Shown one piece after another: positions 9,528-19,182 of a stretch of 64,000 bases of DNA. The translations under genes were made by a program, and so were the position numbers. The stretch comes from Capsulimonadaceae bacterium (GTDB lineage: Bacteria; Armatimonadota; Armatimonadia; Armatimonadales; Capsulimonadaceae): contig OZ244065.1 of assembly GCA_965215505.1 (NCBI GenBank), forward strand, positions 1,536,001-1,600,000, read 5' to 3'. A model generated the notes under the pieces. The model was not told the origin of the DNA and did no database searches. It saw only the letters and a program-made list of their open reading frames with translations. Within the stretch, counting starts at the first letter, position 1; the number at the start of each line of letters is the position of its first letter.

Positions 9528-9562
9528 GCCCGGCCTCTCGTCGAGAGGCCGGGCCTGTTTTG
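9528..9562. terminator. Probable bidirectional intrinsic terminator
   Basis: GCCCGGCCTCTCG/CGAGAGGCCGGGC stem then T-rich tract, between convergent genes. Confidence 0.75.
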
Positions 9563-9574
9563 TTCTGTTTGCGC

Positions 9575-10498
9575 CTAATCGTAAGCTTTCAGTTCTTTCA
9601 ACACCGCTGCGCCCACCTTCTCATCGCCCAAAGCCGCCGCCTTTACATAAGCCTCTTTGGCTCCCGGCTTTTGCCTCAACTTTAGCTGCTCACCGAGGTA
9701 GAAGTAGGACACCGGCGAGTCAGGGTAGAGCCGGACCGCCTCTTGAGCTTGCGTCAGGGCATCCTTGCTGCCGAAGTTGCCTTCTTCAACGGCGATGGCG
9801 ATGTGCGCCACTGCCTGGAGGCGTGAGGGAGTGTAGGGAACCGCGTTTGGGCTGTCGTCTAACTCCGGGAGCAGGACTTTGAGGTAAGGCTTTCCACCAT
9901 TGGCGTCAGCGTCCCGGTAGTTGAGGAGGTGGGCCGCTCGGTGGTAGACCGCCAGCGCCTCCGGCGTCTGCCCAGCCTTACTCAGCAGGAGGACATACTC
10001 CATCAGGCGGGTAACATCGTTTGTCTGGGTGTTCCATTTTGTGTGCGGCGAGTTGTCAGCATAGGTAGCCGTCCGGTAATACCGGACGGCACTAGACGTG
10101 TCCCCAGCGGCATCAGCGCATTTGCCCAAGCCGTAGAGGGCGGTGGAGTTATCCGGCCAAATGTTCAGGGCTTGCTGGTAATAGGCCTGCGCTCCCTTCC
10201 AATCGCCCCCTTTAGCAGCGGCGTCACCCTGTTTAGCAAGAGCGATGCTGTTGTCCCAAGTGTTGAAAGTAGCACTGAGTTCGCGCATCTCCTCCGCGCT
10301 GAGGTCGAGCGGTGCCCCACCCGCCCCGGCTTTTCCTGGGGCGGTATGTTGGAAGCGGTGCTTGGCGGAGGCATTTTTGGCGGCGTGACTGGCGGGGTGT
10401 GCCCTCGCCGTAAGGAGTGGCACCGCGAGGATCGGCTGAGGCAGCAAAGCCCCGAACGTCAGAACTACGGCGGCTAATATGCTCGGCTGACTCTGCAT
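9575..10498 (-). CDS. Secreted TPR-repeat protein
   Basis: Signal-like N-terminus; TPR motifs (YYQQALNIWPDN, AVRLYPDSPVSYFYLG); GGAGG RBS. Confidence 0.8.
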   Translation of the reverse strand: MQSQPSILAAVVLTFGALLPQPILAVPLLTARAHPASHAAKNASAKHRFQHTAPGKAGAGGAPLDLSAEEMRELSATFNTWDNSIALAKQGDAAAKGGDWKGAQAYYQQALNIWPDNSTALYGLGKCADAAGDTSSAVRYYRTATYADNSPHTKWNTQTNDVTRLMEYVLLLSKAGQTPEALAVYHRAAHLLNYRDADANGGKPYLKVLLPELDDSPNAVPYTPSRLQAVAHIAIAVEEGNFGSKDALTQAQEAVRLYPDSPVSYFYLGEQLKLRQKPGAKEAYVKAAALGDEKVGAAVLKELKAYD

Positions 10499-10579
10499 CT
10501 GCTTTCCTCCTCTCGCCGTTCATTGCCGTTCATCAGGAGCGGTTACAAACGGTGAGGGGGCGCAGAGCGCCCCCAACCG

Positions 10580-10609
10580 AGTATATCACAGTGTATGATG
10601 TCGCGTCAA
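10580..10609 (-). promoter_or_regulatory. Sigma70-type promoter for the TPR gene
   Basis: TTGACG-N18-TATACT on minus strand, followed by a GC hairpin in the leader. Confidence 0.55.
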
Positions 10610-10628
10610 GCGCCAGTCCCACTGCGCG

Positions 10629-11981
10629 CTACAGCAGCGGCGCGCTCAGGATGCGGGAGGCGATGGCGTGGGCGTCGGGCAGGACGATGTCGTCGGGGAC
10701 CTTCTGGCCGGTCGTGATGAAGGCCAGGGGCAGGCCGTACTTGGCTTGCAGGGTCAAGAGCCGCCCGAAACAGGTGTGGTCGGAGGCCTCGTCCAGCTTC
10801 GTCAATATCACGGCGTCGGGGGTGAAGATGTGCTGGAACTTGGTGACGACGTTGTCCATCTCGCGCGGCCCCAGCACGGCGGGGAGGGTGAGGTACTTCT
10901 GCACGGACCCGACCCCTTCGAACAGGTTCGCCGTCTCGCCCAGCGGGATCATCTCATTGGGGGACCGGCCCGCCGTGTCCAGCAGGATGATCTCTTTGCC
11001 TTCCCGCGCGAAGTCGTTGAGCTGCCCGATGAGTTCCAGCTTGTCGTGGGCGATCTTCACCGGCACGCGCAGGATCTCGCCGTACTTCTGGAGCTGTTCA
11101 GCGGCCCCGATGCGCTGCGTGTCCAGGGTGATGACGCCGACCTGCCGGCGCTCCATGAGGGCATAGCGGGCGGTCAGCTTGGCGATGGTCGTGGTCTTCC
11201 CCACGCCGGTCGTGCCGATGAAGGCCAGCAGGCGCATCTTCCCCTGGGCGGGCACGGCGTCCACGCCGTTCGCGATCCGGAGGCGCTGGGAAAGGAGGGT
11301 GCGGAGGTAGGTGGCGGCGTCGGCGGCCCCCATGCCGGCGGGCACCTCGCTGATGAGCTGCCGGACCAGCGGGGCGGCGATGTCGGCGTCGAGGAGCTGC
11401 TGCGTCAGGGCCGGATAGCCCGCCTCCGGCGCGGCGGCCTCGGGCGCGGCCTCCTTGCGGCGCGAGCGGCGCGGCGCGGGGGCCGGTGGGGCGGCCTGGG
11501 CCACTAAACGGGCGACGGATTCCTGCCCCGAGAGGCCGGGTGCGGCCTGCAAGGAGGCGGGAACGAAGGGCGCTTCGGGCCGACGCGCCGCCGGCTTCGC
11601 GCTGAGGTTCTGGACGTTCTCTTTGAGGCTGGCGAGCTGCGACTCCAGTTCCTGGATGCGCGCCGCGCCGCCGTCGCCCGCCTCGGGGCTGCCGAAGCGC
11701 AGGCCGCCGTTTGCCGCGGCAGAGGGGGAGGCCATCGTGTGGCTCGGCGGCAGGTAGGTCCCAAAGGTCATTTCCACGACCTCTTTGCCGCCCCACCGGC
11801 CGAACAGCGCGCCCTTTTTGTAGCTCTTGCGGCTGACGATGATGGCGTCCGCCCCTAGCTCCTGCTTGGCTTGCAGCAGGCAGTCCGTGACCGTCTTCCC
11901 CGTGTAGGTCTTGGTCCGCAGGTTGAACTTGCCGGTCTTGTCGTATATTCCGGCGGAGGGCATCAGGGTGACATTGCTCAT
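10629..11981 (-). CDS. flhF: Flagellar SRP-type GTPase FlhF
   Basis: GTTGVGKTTTIAKL, DTAGRS, TKLDE, TTGQKVPDD; follows flhA. Confidence 0.93.
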   Translation of the reverse strand: MSNVTLMPSAGIYDKTGKFNLRTKTYTGKTVTDCLLQAKQELGADAIIVSRKSYKKGALFGRWGGKEVVEMTFGTYLPPSHTMASPSAAANGGLRFGSPEAGDGGAARIQELESQLASLKENVQNLSAKPAARRPEAPFVPASLQAAPGLSGQESVARLVAQAAPPAPAPRRSRRKEAAPEAAAPEAGYPALTQQLLDADIAAPLVRQLISEVPAGMGAADAATYLRTLLSQRLRIANGVDAVPAQGKMRLLAFIGTTGVGKTTTIAKLTARYALMERRQVGVITLDTQRIGAAEQLQKYGEILRVPVKIAHDKLELIGQLNDFAREGKEIILLDTAGRSPNEMIPLGETANLFEGVGSVQKYLTLPAVLGPREMDNVVTKFQHIFTPDAVILTKLDEASDHTCFGRLLTLQAKYGLPLAFITTGQKVPDDIVLPDAHAIASRILSAPLL

Positions 11982-12039
11982 AAGGGTGACTTCTAACTCG
12001 TGGGCTTCCTAGCTCGCAGGCTTCTGACTGGTGAAACTC

Positions 12040-14190
12040 TTAGCTCGTGACGGCACCGACGGCGCGGACCTCGGTATTGGGGACGATCTCGTTATAGGAC
12101 AGGATGACCAGGTTCGGCAGCGACCGCTCGGTCAGGCGGCGCAGCGGCAGGCGCAGGGCCGACATGCACAGCAGGACCGGCTGCTGGTAGCCCAGCGCGA
12201 TCATGCGCTCCATCTGCTGGCCCAGGTTCTGGACGAACTGCCGGGCCTGGGACGGCTCCAGGGCCATGTTCGGCATGCCGGGCGTGATGGACTCCAATAA
12301 CTGCTGCTCCAGGTTCGGGTCGAGCGTCAGGGTCTGGAGCGCCCCGCTCCCCTCGTCCACATACTGCCGGCAGATCGAGCGGGCCAATGTCGCCCGCACC
12401 CACTCGCCCAGCATGTCCACGTCTTTGGTGCGCCCCGCGTTGTCGGCCAGCGTTTCCAGGATGGTAACCAGGTCGCGGATCGAGATGCGCTCCCGCAGGA
12501 GGTGCTGCAAGACCTTCTGGACCTCGCCCACCGTCATCAGGGTCGGGATCAGCTCCTCGACGACGGCCCCGTTCGCCAGCTTGACGTGGTCGATCAGGGC
12601 GGACGTGTCCTGCCGCGTGATGATCTCGGCGGCGTGCCCCTTGATGACCTCGGCCAGGTGAGTCGTGATGACCGAGGACGGGTCTACGACCGTGTAGCCC
12701 GCCATCTCGGCCCGCTCCCGGTGCGACCGGCTGACCCACTGGGCTGGGACGCCGAAGGCGGGTTCTTTGGCGGGGATGCCGTCCGTGATCGGGTCAATGA
12801 CGCTGCCGGGATCAATGAGCATGATGGAGTTCGGGTGGACGGTCCCCGAGGCGACCGTCGCCCCTTTGAGTTTGACGGCGTAGTCGTTGGCCTTCAGGTG
12901 CAGGTCGTCGCGGATGCGGACGGTGGGGATGACCAGGCCGAGTTCCAGGGCCGTCTTCTGGCGGATGACCGTGATCCGGTCCAGCAGGTCGCCCCCGACC
13001 GTCTGGTCCACGAGCTGGAGCAGGCCGTAGCCGAAGTTCAATTCCAGCACGTCCACATTCAACAGGGGCAAGACGCTCTCGGGCGTCGCCAGCGGCGCGG
13101 GCCGGGACGCGACCGCCGTGGCCGTCGCCTGCGCCGCCGACAGCACCTGCTTCTGGTTGCGCGTCAGGATGAACCCAATCCCGGCCAGTGTGCCGGCCAC
13201 CAGCATCGTCTGCGGCAGGGGGAAGCCGAAGGGGATGAACAGGCAGACAAGGCCCGCCGTGATGAACAGGGGGCGCGGAGAGGCGAAGATCTGGCGCGCG
13301 ATGTCCCCGCCCATGGCCGTGTCCGAGGCGGCCCGCGTCACCATCAGGCCCGCCGCCGTCGAGATCAGCAGGGCGGGAATCTGAGCGACTAGGCCCTCGC
13401 CGACAGTCAGGAGGGTGTAATTTTGCAGCACCTTCAGGACGTCCTCGCCCTTGCTCAGTCCCATCGCGAAGCCGCCGATGATGTTCAGCACGATGATGAC
13501 GATGGCCGCGATGGCGTCGCCGCGCACGAACTTGTTCGCGCCGTCCATCGCGCCGAAGAAGTCCGCCTCCTGGCCGACGGTCTTGCGCCGCTCGCGCGCC
13601 TGGTCCTGGTTGATGATGCCCGCGTTCAGGTCGGCGTCGATCGCCATCTGCTTGCCCGGCATGGCGTCCAGGGTGAACCGGGCGGCGACCTCGGCGACCC
13701 GGCCCGCGCCGGACGTGATGACGACGAACTGGACGACGACCAGCAGCAGGAATACGATGATGCCGACGACGTAGTTGCCGCCGATGACCACCTGCCCGAA
13801 GGTGGCGATGACGTGCCCCGCGCTGCCCGTGCCGATGATCAGCTTCATCGCCGACACTTCCAAAGCCAGACGGAACAGCGTCGTCACCAGCAAGAGGGCG
13901 GGGAACACGGAAAATTGCAGCGGCTCGGTGGTGTAAAGCGCGGTCAGGAGGATCAGCACCGCCCCCGTCAGGTTCAGGACCAGGCCGAGGTCGAGGAGCG
14001 GCTCCGGCAGTGGCAGGATCAGCATCGCCACCATGCCGATCAGGGCCATCGCCATCGCGATGTCGGTCTGCTGGGCGGCCCTCGTCAAAAAGCCCATGAG
14101 GCCGCCGCCGTTAGGATTGCTGGGGGTCTGCCCCGGTCGGAGTTGAACTGCCACGCCGGGATTATTCCACGCCGTCCCTAAAGAATCCAA
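12040..14190 (-). CDS. flhA: Flagellar export protein FlhA (start uncertain)
   Basis: RVAEVAARFTLDAMPGKQMAIDADL, FFGAMDGANKFVRGDAIA. Confidence 0.96.
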   Translation of the reverse strand: MDSLGTAWNNPGVAVQLRPGQTPSNPNGGGLMGFLTRAAQQTDIAMAMALIGMVAMLILPLPEPLLDLGLVLNLTGAVLILLTALYTTEPLQFSVFPALLLVTTLFRLALEVSAMKLIIGTGSAGHVIATFGQVVIGGNYVVGIIVFLLLVVVQFVVITSGAGRVAEVAARFTLDAMPGKQMAIDADLNAGIINQDQARERRKTVGQEADFFGAMDGANKFVRGDAIAAIVIIVLNIIGGFAMGLSKGEDVLKVLQNYTLLTVGEGLVAQIPALLISTAAGLMVTRAASDTAMGGDIARQIFASPRPLFITAGLVCLFIPFGFPLPQTMLVAGTLAGIGFILTRNQKQVLSAAQATATAVASRPAPLATPESVLPLLNVDVLELNFGYGLLQLVDQTVGGDLLDRITVIRQKTALELGLVIPTVRIRDDLHLKANDYAVKLKGATVASGTVHPNSIMLIDPGSVIDPITDGIPAKEPAFGVPAQWVSRSHRERAEMAGYTVVDPSSVITTHLAEVIKGHAAEIITRQDTSALIDHVKLANGAVVEELIPTLMTVGEVQKVLQHLLRERISIRDLVTILETLADNAGRTKDVDMLGEWVRATLARSICRQYVDEGSGALQTLTLDPNLEQQLLESITPGMPNMALEPSQARQFVQNLGQQMERMIALGYQQPVLLCMSALRLPLRRLTERSLPNLVILSYNEIVPNTEVRAVGAVTS

Positions 14191-14220
14191 CGAAAGATTC
14201 CGATACTGTGCTTGGCAGCT

Positions 14221-14550
14221 CTACAGCACACCGTCTCCCGCCTCGCCCGTGCGGATGCGCCTCGCCTCCAGCGCGGGCAGGACGAAGATCTTGCCGTCGC
14301 CCTCCTCGCCGGTGCGGGCGTGACTCAGGAGGATGTCGATCACCCCTTCCACGGCCTCGTCGCGCACGGTCAGTTCCAGCCTGACCTGGGGCGGCAGGGA
14401 CAGGACCGGACGCTCCCCCCGGAACGGGTCGGGGTTCCGTCCCGTCCCGCGCACGTCGCTGACGGTCATGCTCGCGATCCCCGCCTCGGCCAGCGCCTCT
14501 TTGACCGCCCCCAGCCGCGCGGGCCGGAGGATCGCCTCGATTTTCTTCAT
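14221..14550 (-). CDS. Divergent P-II family protein
   Basis: MKKIEAILRP, ARTGEEGDGKIFV, RRIRTGE; altered T-loop. Confidence 0.88.
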   Translation of the reverse strand: MKKIEAILRPARLGAVKEALAEAGIASMTVSDVRGTGRNPDPFRGERPVLSLPPQVRLELTVRDEAVEGVIDILLSHARTGEEGDGKIFVLPALEARRIRTGEAGDGVL

Positions 14551-14657
14551 GCCCGCCTCCTCGCCTGCGTTCTCTTTGGGGTTTCATCGGGTAAAATAAG
14601 GGCATCTCCCAGATGTGCGTGTGCCTCTTGTGGGAGGCGCGAAAGGAACCCCGATTT

Positions 14658-15827
14658 ATGCATCGCCTGTCTCGATGCCTGCTGACCCTCGGTGCCGCCG
14701 TGACCGCCGGCGGCTCTCTCCTGATCTCTCATCCAGCCCTCGCTCAGACCGGTGCCGATAGCGCGGCCCCTCCGGCAGCGCCCGCGCCGTCCGGGCACCG
14801 GCTGAACGCCAGGTTGCGGCTCGGCGACGGCCGGCAGACGTGGCACCCATCGCGCAAGCAGCTCGGCATCAGCTACGCCCCCGGCAGCACGGACGCCAGC
14901 CCGGCGGGCCAGATCAAGTTCGTCGTGGACCGCGCCAAGGCGCGCGCCTACTTTGACAGCATCGCCCCCTACGTCCGGCGCGCGCCCAAGAACGCCCACG
15001 TCGCCCTGGTGGAAGCCAACGCCAGTGACGAAGGCACGGAGCAGGTGCCCGCCCAGGTCGTCCCCGGATATGACGGGGCCGCCCTTGACGTGAGCGCCGC
15101 CGTGGACCTGGTCCAGAAGACTTTGGAATCCAATCCGACCGTCATCCACATCATCCTGCCGGTCAAGAGCAAGCCTGCCAAGGTTTCCGCCGCCAAGCTC
15201 GAGGGGATAGACGCCCGCGTCGGCTACTTCGTGACGCGGTTCAACCCCGGCGACGAAGGCCGCACCGCCACCGTCCGCCGCGCCATCTCCATCATTGACG
15301 GCACCATCGTCCCGCCCGGCGGCGTCTTCTCCGTGGACAAGACGGTCGGCCCGCGCGACCCGGAACACGGCTTCACCGGCAAAGGCCATGTCTTCATAGA
15401 CGGGCACATGGAGCTCCAGAGCGGCGGCGGCATGTGCCAGGTCGCGACCACCCTCTTCAACGCCGCCATGCTCGCGAACCTCAAGATCGTGGAGCGGCAT
15501 CAGCACGTCCGCACCGTCCCCTATGTGGACCCAGGGCGCGACGCTACTATCTACCACGGCCAGAAGGATTTCAAGATCCAGAACAACACCAACGCGCCGC
15601 TGCTGATCTCCTACCGGACGAACCGCAGCCACGCCATCGTGTCGCTGTTCGGCAAGGGCGTCCCCGGCCGCAAGGTGCGGCTCGTCGCCTCCCACGAGCG
15701 GCTGGGCGAGCGCCACTACATCGGGACCTTCAACCGCGTCGTCTACGAGCCGGGCAGCGCGCCGCAGAAGGGTCAGCCCTTCCACAGCGACTACAAATGG
15801 CCGGAGACGCTGGACTATAGCCGCTAG
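14658..15827 (+). CDS. Secreted VanW-family protein
   Basis: Signal peptide; GGGMCQVATTLFNA, ERHQH, YVDPGRDATI. Confidence 0.88.
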   Translation: MHRLSRCLLTLGAAVTAGGSLLISHPALAQTGADSAAPPAAPAPSGHRLNARLRLGDGRQTWHPSRKQLGISYAPGSTDASPAGQIKFVVDRAKARAYFDSIAPYVRRAPKNAHVALVEANASDEGTEQVPAQVVPGYDGAALDVSAAVDLVQKTLESNPTVIHIILPVKSKPAKVSAAKLEGIDARVGYFVTRFNPGDEGRTATVRRAISIIDGTIVPPGGVFSVDKTVGPRDPEHGFTGKGHVFIDGHMELQSGGGMCQVATTLFNAAMLANLKIVERHQHVRTVPYVDPGRDATIYHGQKDFKIQNNTNAPLLISYRTNRSHAIVSLFGKGVPGRKVRLVASHERLGERHYIGTFNRVVYEPGSAPQKGQPFHSDYKWPETLDYSR

Positions 15828-15841
15828 GCACAGAAAGCGAA

Positions 15842-15869
15842 AAGGGGCGCGAGTTTACTCGCGCCCCTT
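15842..15869. terminator. Hairpin between convergent genes, overlapping the GT2 stop codon
   Basis: 13-bp arms AAGGGGCGCGAGT/ACTCGCGCCCCTT with A/T-rich flanks. Confidence 0.6.
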
Positions 15870-16613
15870 CTTCTTGTTCTTACTCTTGTCTTTCTTGCTC
15901 TTCCTGTGTCCCCGCCGTCCCAATTGGAACTGAAGCATCTGCCAGTACATCCGGGAGCGGGAGGCCGCCCCGCGCGCCCAGCCCAGCTTTTCCTCTTTCA
16001 TCGGGTGCGTCACGCCGCGCAGCGTGACGTCCTTTCGGATCATCCCCTGGCTGTGGACGTAGTCGTTGATCGCCAGCTCGATCCCGTAACCCACCGACTC
16101 CAGATCGGGGATGTGCAGGAAAACGTCGCGCCGGATCGCCCGCTGCCCGGTGATGGCGGGCGCGAAGAACTGCGCCATGTCGGTCCACAAGCGCCCGCCC
16201 TTGAAGATGCCCATCGCCATGGTCGCCTCGCCCGAGCAGACCGGGGCGAGAAGGTCCTGCACATGCCGAGGCGTCAGCCCGACCAGATCGGCGTCGAAGA
16301 ACAACAGGACATCGGCGTCCGTCCGCGTCGCGCCCTCGCGCATCGCCCCGCCTTTGCCTTTGTTGCGCGGCAGCGTGACCACCCGCACGCCCTTGATTGC
16401 CGAAGCCGCCTGGGCCGTGCCGTCCGTCGAGCCGTCGTTGACGACGATCACCTCATCCACCGCCGCCACGCCGGTGACGGCGTGCAGGACGGCAGCGATG
16501 CGGGCTTCTTCATTGTAAGCCGGAATGATGGCCGCCACCCTCATGGGCGTCCTCCCGGCGGGCGGCGGTTTGGGTCGGTATTTCGGCAGGAGCGTGGCAA
16601 ACGGCGAACTCAC
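15855..16613 (-). CDS. Family 2 glycosyltransferase
   Basis: IPAYNEE, VNDGSTD, NKGKGGA, FFDADL. Confidence 0.9.
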   Translation of the reverse strand: MSSPFATLLPKYRPKPPPAGRTPMRVAAIIPAYNEEARIAAVLHAVTGVAAVDEVIVVNDGSTDGTAQAASAIKGVRVVTLPRNKGKGGAMREGATRTDADVLLFFDADLVGLTPRHVQDLLAPVCSGEATMAMGIFKGGRLWTDMAQFFAPAITGQRAIRRDVFLHIPDLESVGYGIELAINDYVHSQGMIRKDVTLRGVTHPMKEEKLGWARGAASRSRMYWQMLQFQLGRRGHRKSKKDKSKNKKKGRE

Positions 16614-16633
16614 TTATAAGGTCCCCAGGCGAC

Positions 16634-17548
16634 TTACTGGTGTTTGGTGTCCGAAGAGGCCATGACGGCGGCCGGCGTCGGCATCTTGGTAGACAGGAGC
16701 AGGGTCGGATAGTCTATGCCGTTCTTCTCGGCGGCCAGCTTATCCTCGCCGGGCTGATAAAGCTCCTGGATGTAAGCCCCCTTGTTCGCGCGCAGCTCGC
16801 GGAGCTGTTCTTCCGCCCGCAGGATGCGGTTCTCGTTGATCGGGTGGTCCTGCGAATAGGGGACGGGCTGGCCGGGGTGCTTCTTGTCCTCGGCCTCGAA
16901 GATCTGGAAGGTGCGGATCATCCCGCTCGGGTCGTACCCGGCGTTGTAGGCGAACTTCTCGCCCCAGCGGTCCGCCTCATACTCGGCGATGCGGCTGTAA
17001 TGGAGCTGGTCCAGCTCGAACAGCGCGCCGCCCGCCTGGCTGACCGCGTTGCTGCGGCTCAGGACGGAGGCCAGGTCCACCAGGAAGCCCTTGGTCTCCG
17101 AGTCGGCGATGGACTTCACCACATGGCGGCGGACGACGTGCGAGGCCTCGTGGCCGATGACGCAGGCGAGGGCGTCGTCGTCCTTGCCGATCTTGTCGTA
17201 TAATCCCCGGTAAAGGTAGACGTAGCCGCCGGGGATGGAGAAGGCGTTCAGCTCGGGGCTGTCAATGACGCGGATGCGGAACGAGACGTCCGGCCGGTCC
17301 TTCTGCGCCTGGGCGAAGATCGGCGTGGCGATATCCAGGACGCGCCGGTTGATCTTGCCGTCCATGACGAACTTGGCCTGATTGTCTATCTGGAGCGCGT
17401 AATCCCGGCCCAATTCGTTCTCTTGGGACGAGTTCATCACGTTATTGTGGACCTGTCCGCTCTGGCAGCCCGCGCCCGCCAGCAGGGCGGCGAGGGCGGC
17501 ACCCATCACGAGGAGGGGGCGGAACGGCCTACGGGTTTTAATGTTCAT
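16634..17548 (-). CDS. M48-family zinc metalloprotease lipoprotein
   Basis: Lipobox-like GAGC; NAFSIPGG, GHEASH, EYEAD, DHP. Confidence 0.88.
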   Translation of the reverse strand: MNIKTRRPFRPLLVMGAALAALLAGAGCQSGQVHNNVMNSSQENELGRDYALQIDNQAKFVMDGKINRRVLDIATPIFAQAQKDRPDVSFRIRVIDSPELNAFSIPGGYVYLYRGLYDKIGKDDDALACVIGHEASHVVRRHVVKSIADSETKGFLVDLASVLSRSNAVSQAGGALFELDQLHYSRIAEYEADRWGEKFAYNAGYDPSGMIRTFQIFEAEDKKHPGQPVPYSQDHPINENRILRAEEQLRELRANKGAYIQELYQPGEDKLAAEKNGIDYPTLLLSTKMPTPAAVMASSDTKHQ

Positions 17549-17594
17549 GGGGGTCTTTCTTGCTGGTCAAGCCGCTTCCCACACTGCCGAAAAG

Positions 17595-17927
17595 TCAAGG
17601 TGAGTGGCGGTCGGTCACGGAGCGGGCCTCGCGCCAGAGCGCGTCGGCCTGCCGACGGAGTTGTTCGGTCCGCGCTTGCAGGTCGCGCAGACTGCGCCGC
17701 GACTGCGGCGACCGGGCACCGTCCAGGGCATTCTTTAAACCGTTCGCGCCGCTCCGGAGTTCCTGCCCCGTCGGGGGCCAGCCCAGGTCGGGCGGGCGGC
17801 TGTGTACGGCGAGCCGCGCCCTCAGGTCGCCGACCTCGGCCTGCAACCGGCGCACTTGCAGCCAGTTGTACCCACAGGCGGTGAGGAGCGCGACCATCAA
17901 AATCCGGGTGAAAGAGCGGCGTATCAC
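17595..17927 (-). CDS. Small membrane-anchored hypothetical protein
   Basis: GTG start just after the GNAT stop; hydrophobic N-terminus plus coiled-coil-like segment. Confidence 0.5.
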   Translation of the reverse strand: MIRRSFTRILMVALLTACGYNWLQVRRLQAEVGDLRARLAVHSRPPDLGWPPTGQELRSGANGLKNALDGARSPQSRRSLRDLQARTEQLRRQADALWREARSVTDRHSP

Positions 17928-17929
17928 GG

Positions 17930-19063
17930 TTAGCCCTTCTTCCGCCGCATCCAGGCCTTGCCGCGCCGCTCCACCGTGTCTTCCAGACCCTGCGCGTTCC
18001 GGGCCAGCGGCCCGAACGGCGTCCCCGCCCGCGTGATGATCCGCCGCGCGTTCACCCGCGCCGCTCCGGTCCACTTGGCCTTGTACGGCTCGTCCCCGCG
18101 CAGAAAGTCGAAGACCTGACGCCCCTCGGCGATGGCCGACTGGATCGCCCGCGCCGTCAGCACCGTGCCCAGACTAAGCCGCGCCAGGGTCGGCTCAAAC
18201 CCGCCCTGATAATAACACAGCCGGTCGCCGTAAGCAAAGCAGTAAAGGGAGGCCTGCGTCAGCCCGTCCAGCTTCAGCGAGAACAGCCGCAGCCAGCCCT
18301 GCCGGAGCAGCCGCCGGGCGGCGTCCCGGTGGAACGCCTGCACGCGCCCCCCTCCGAATACGCCCGGAAGCCACCGCTGGTTCCACCGACGCTGGTGCAG
18401 CTCGAACAGGTGGCTCAGTTCGTCGTCCAGCGCGTCCTCGTCCGTCACCGGCCCGACCTCGACCGCGTAGACTTTGTGCAGGGCGCGGTCATAGTACCCG
18501 ACGTTCGCCCGCGTCTTCTTCCCCAGCCCTTGCAGCAGCATGTCCCAGGCGGACGGCAGCGCGAGGTACGGGCACGGCTCGCCCGGCGCATCGAAGCTCG
18601 CCAGCCGCCCGCCCTCCGGGGGCCGATGCTCGCGCAGATACCCGCCGTCGCGTAGCTGCTGGAAGTCCGCGATCTGCCAGCCCCCGGCGTGCTCCAAATA
18701 CCCGTACAGCCCCTCGGAGATGGCGTCCTCCCACCCCGGCGCGGCCAGCACGTCCAGATAGTCCGAGGTCCCCGTCCCCAGGAACGAAAGCCGCCGAAGG
18801 GCCGTCGCGTACCAGAACGAGGTCATCAGCGGTGCCAGCCCGACTAAAACGCCTTCACCGTTCCGGAACGTCACGACGCGCAGCATCCGCCCCGGCGTCC
18901 CTCCGAAGTGCCGCCACCACGCCGCGTTCCACTCCCACGTCTGAAAGACCGTGCCGGTAGGGCACTCGGAGGCCAGGCGCTGCCACTCCGGCTCCAGCGC
19001 GGCCAGCCCCGCCGCCCGGCGCACGTCGGCCACCCGCACCCGCTCCGTTCCTGTCCACTTCAT
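17930..19063 (-). CDS. GNAT-family acetyltransferase (CelD/BcsL-like)
   Basis: VFQTWEW, VGLAPL, SDYLD, FDFLRGDEPYKAKW. Confidence 0.87.
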   Translation of the reverse strand: MKWTGTERVRVADVRRAAGLAALEPEWQRLASECPTGTVFQTWEWNAAWWRHFGGTPGRMLRVVTFRNGEGVLVGLAPLMTSFWYATALRRLSFLGTGTSDYLDVLAAPGWEDAISEGLYGYLEHAGGWQIADFQQLRDGGYLREHRPPEGGRLASFDAPGEPCPYLALPSAWDMLLQGLGKKTRANVGYYDRALHKVYAVEVGPVTDEDALDDELSHLFELHQRRWNQRWLPGVFGGGRVQAFHRDAARRLLRQGWLRLFSLKLDGLTQASLYCFAYGDRLCYYQGGFEPTLARLSLGTVLTARAIQSAIAEGRQVFDFLRGDEPYKAKWTGAARVNARRIITRAGTPFGPLARNAQGLEDTVERRGKAWMRRKKG

Positions 19064-19142
19064 TCCGGCCTCGTCACGCGCTCATTATAGCAGAATCGGG
19101 GGGAGCGTGTAAAGGCGGCAGGCGTGAGGCAGAGGCACTGAT

Positions 19143-19166
19143 GTGGGGGCGCGATGAATCGCGCCC
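19143..19166 (+). repeat. REP-like palindrome (GTAG family variant)
   Basis: GTGGGGGCGCGATGAATCGCGCCC, related to copies at 39850, 41214 and 54857. Confidence 0.7.
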
Positions 19167-19182
19167 TCTTGATATTGGCGAG

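Noticed and set aside
10545-10580. Riboswitch in the TPR gene leader
   Set aside because: Only one GC hairpin is visible, with no recognisable aptamer motif.
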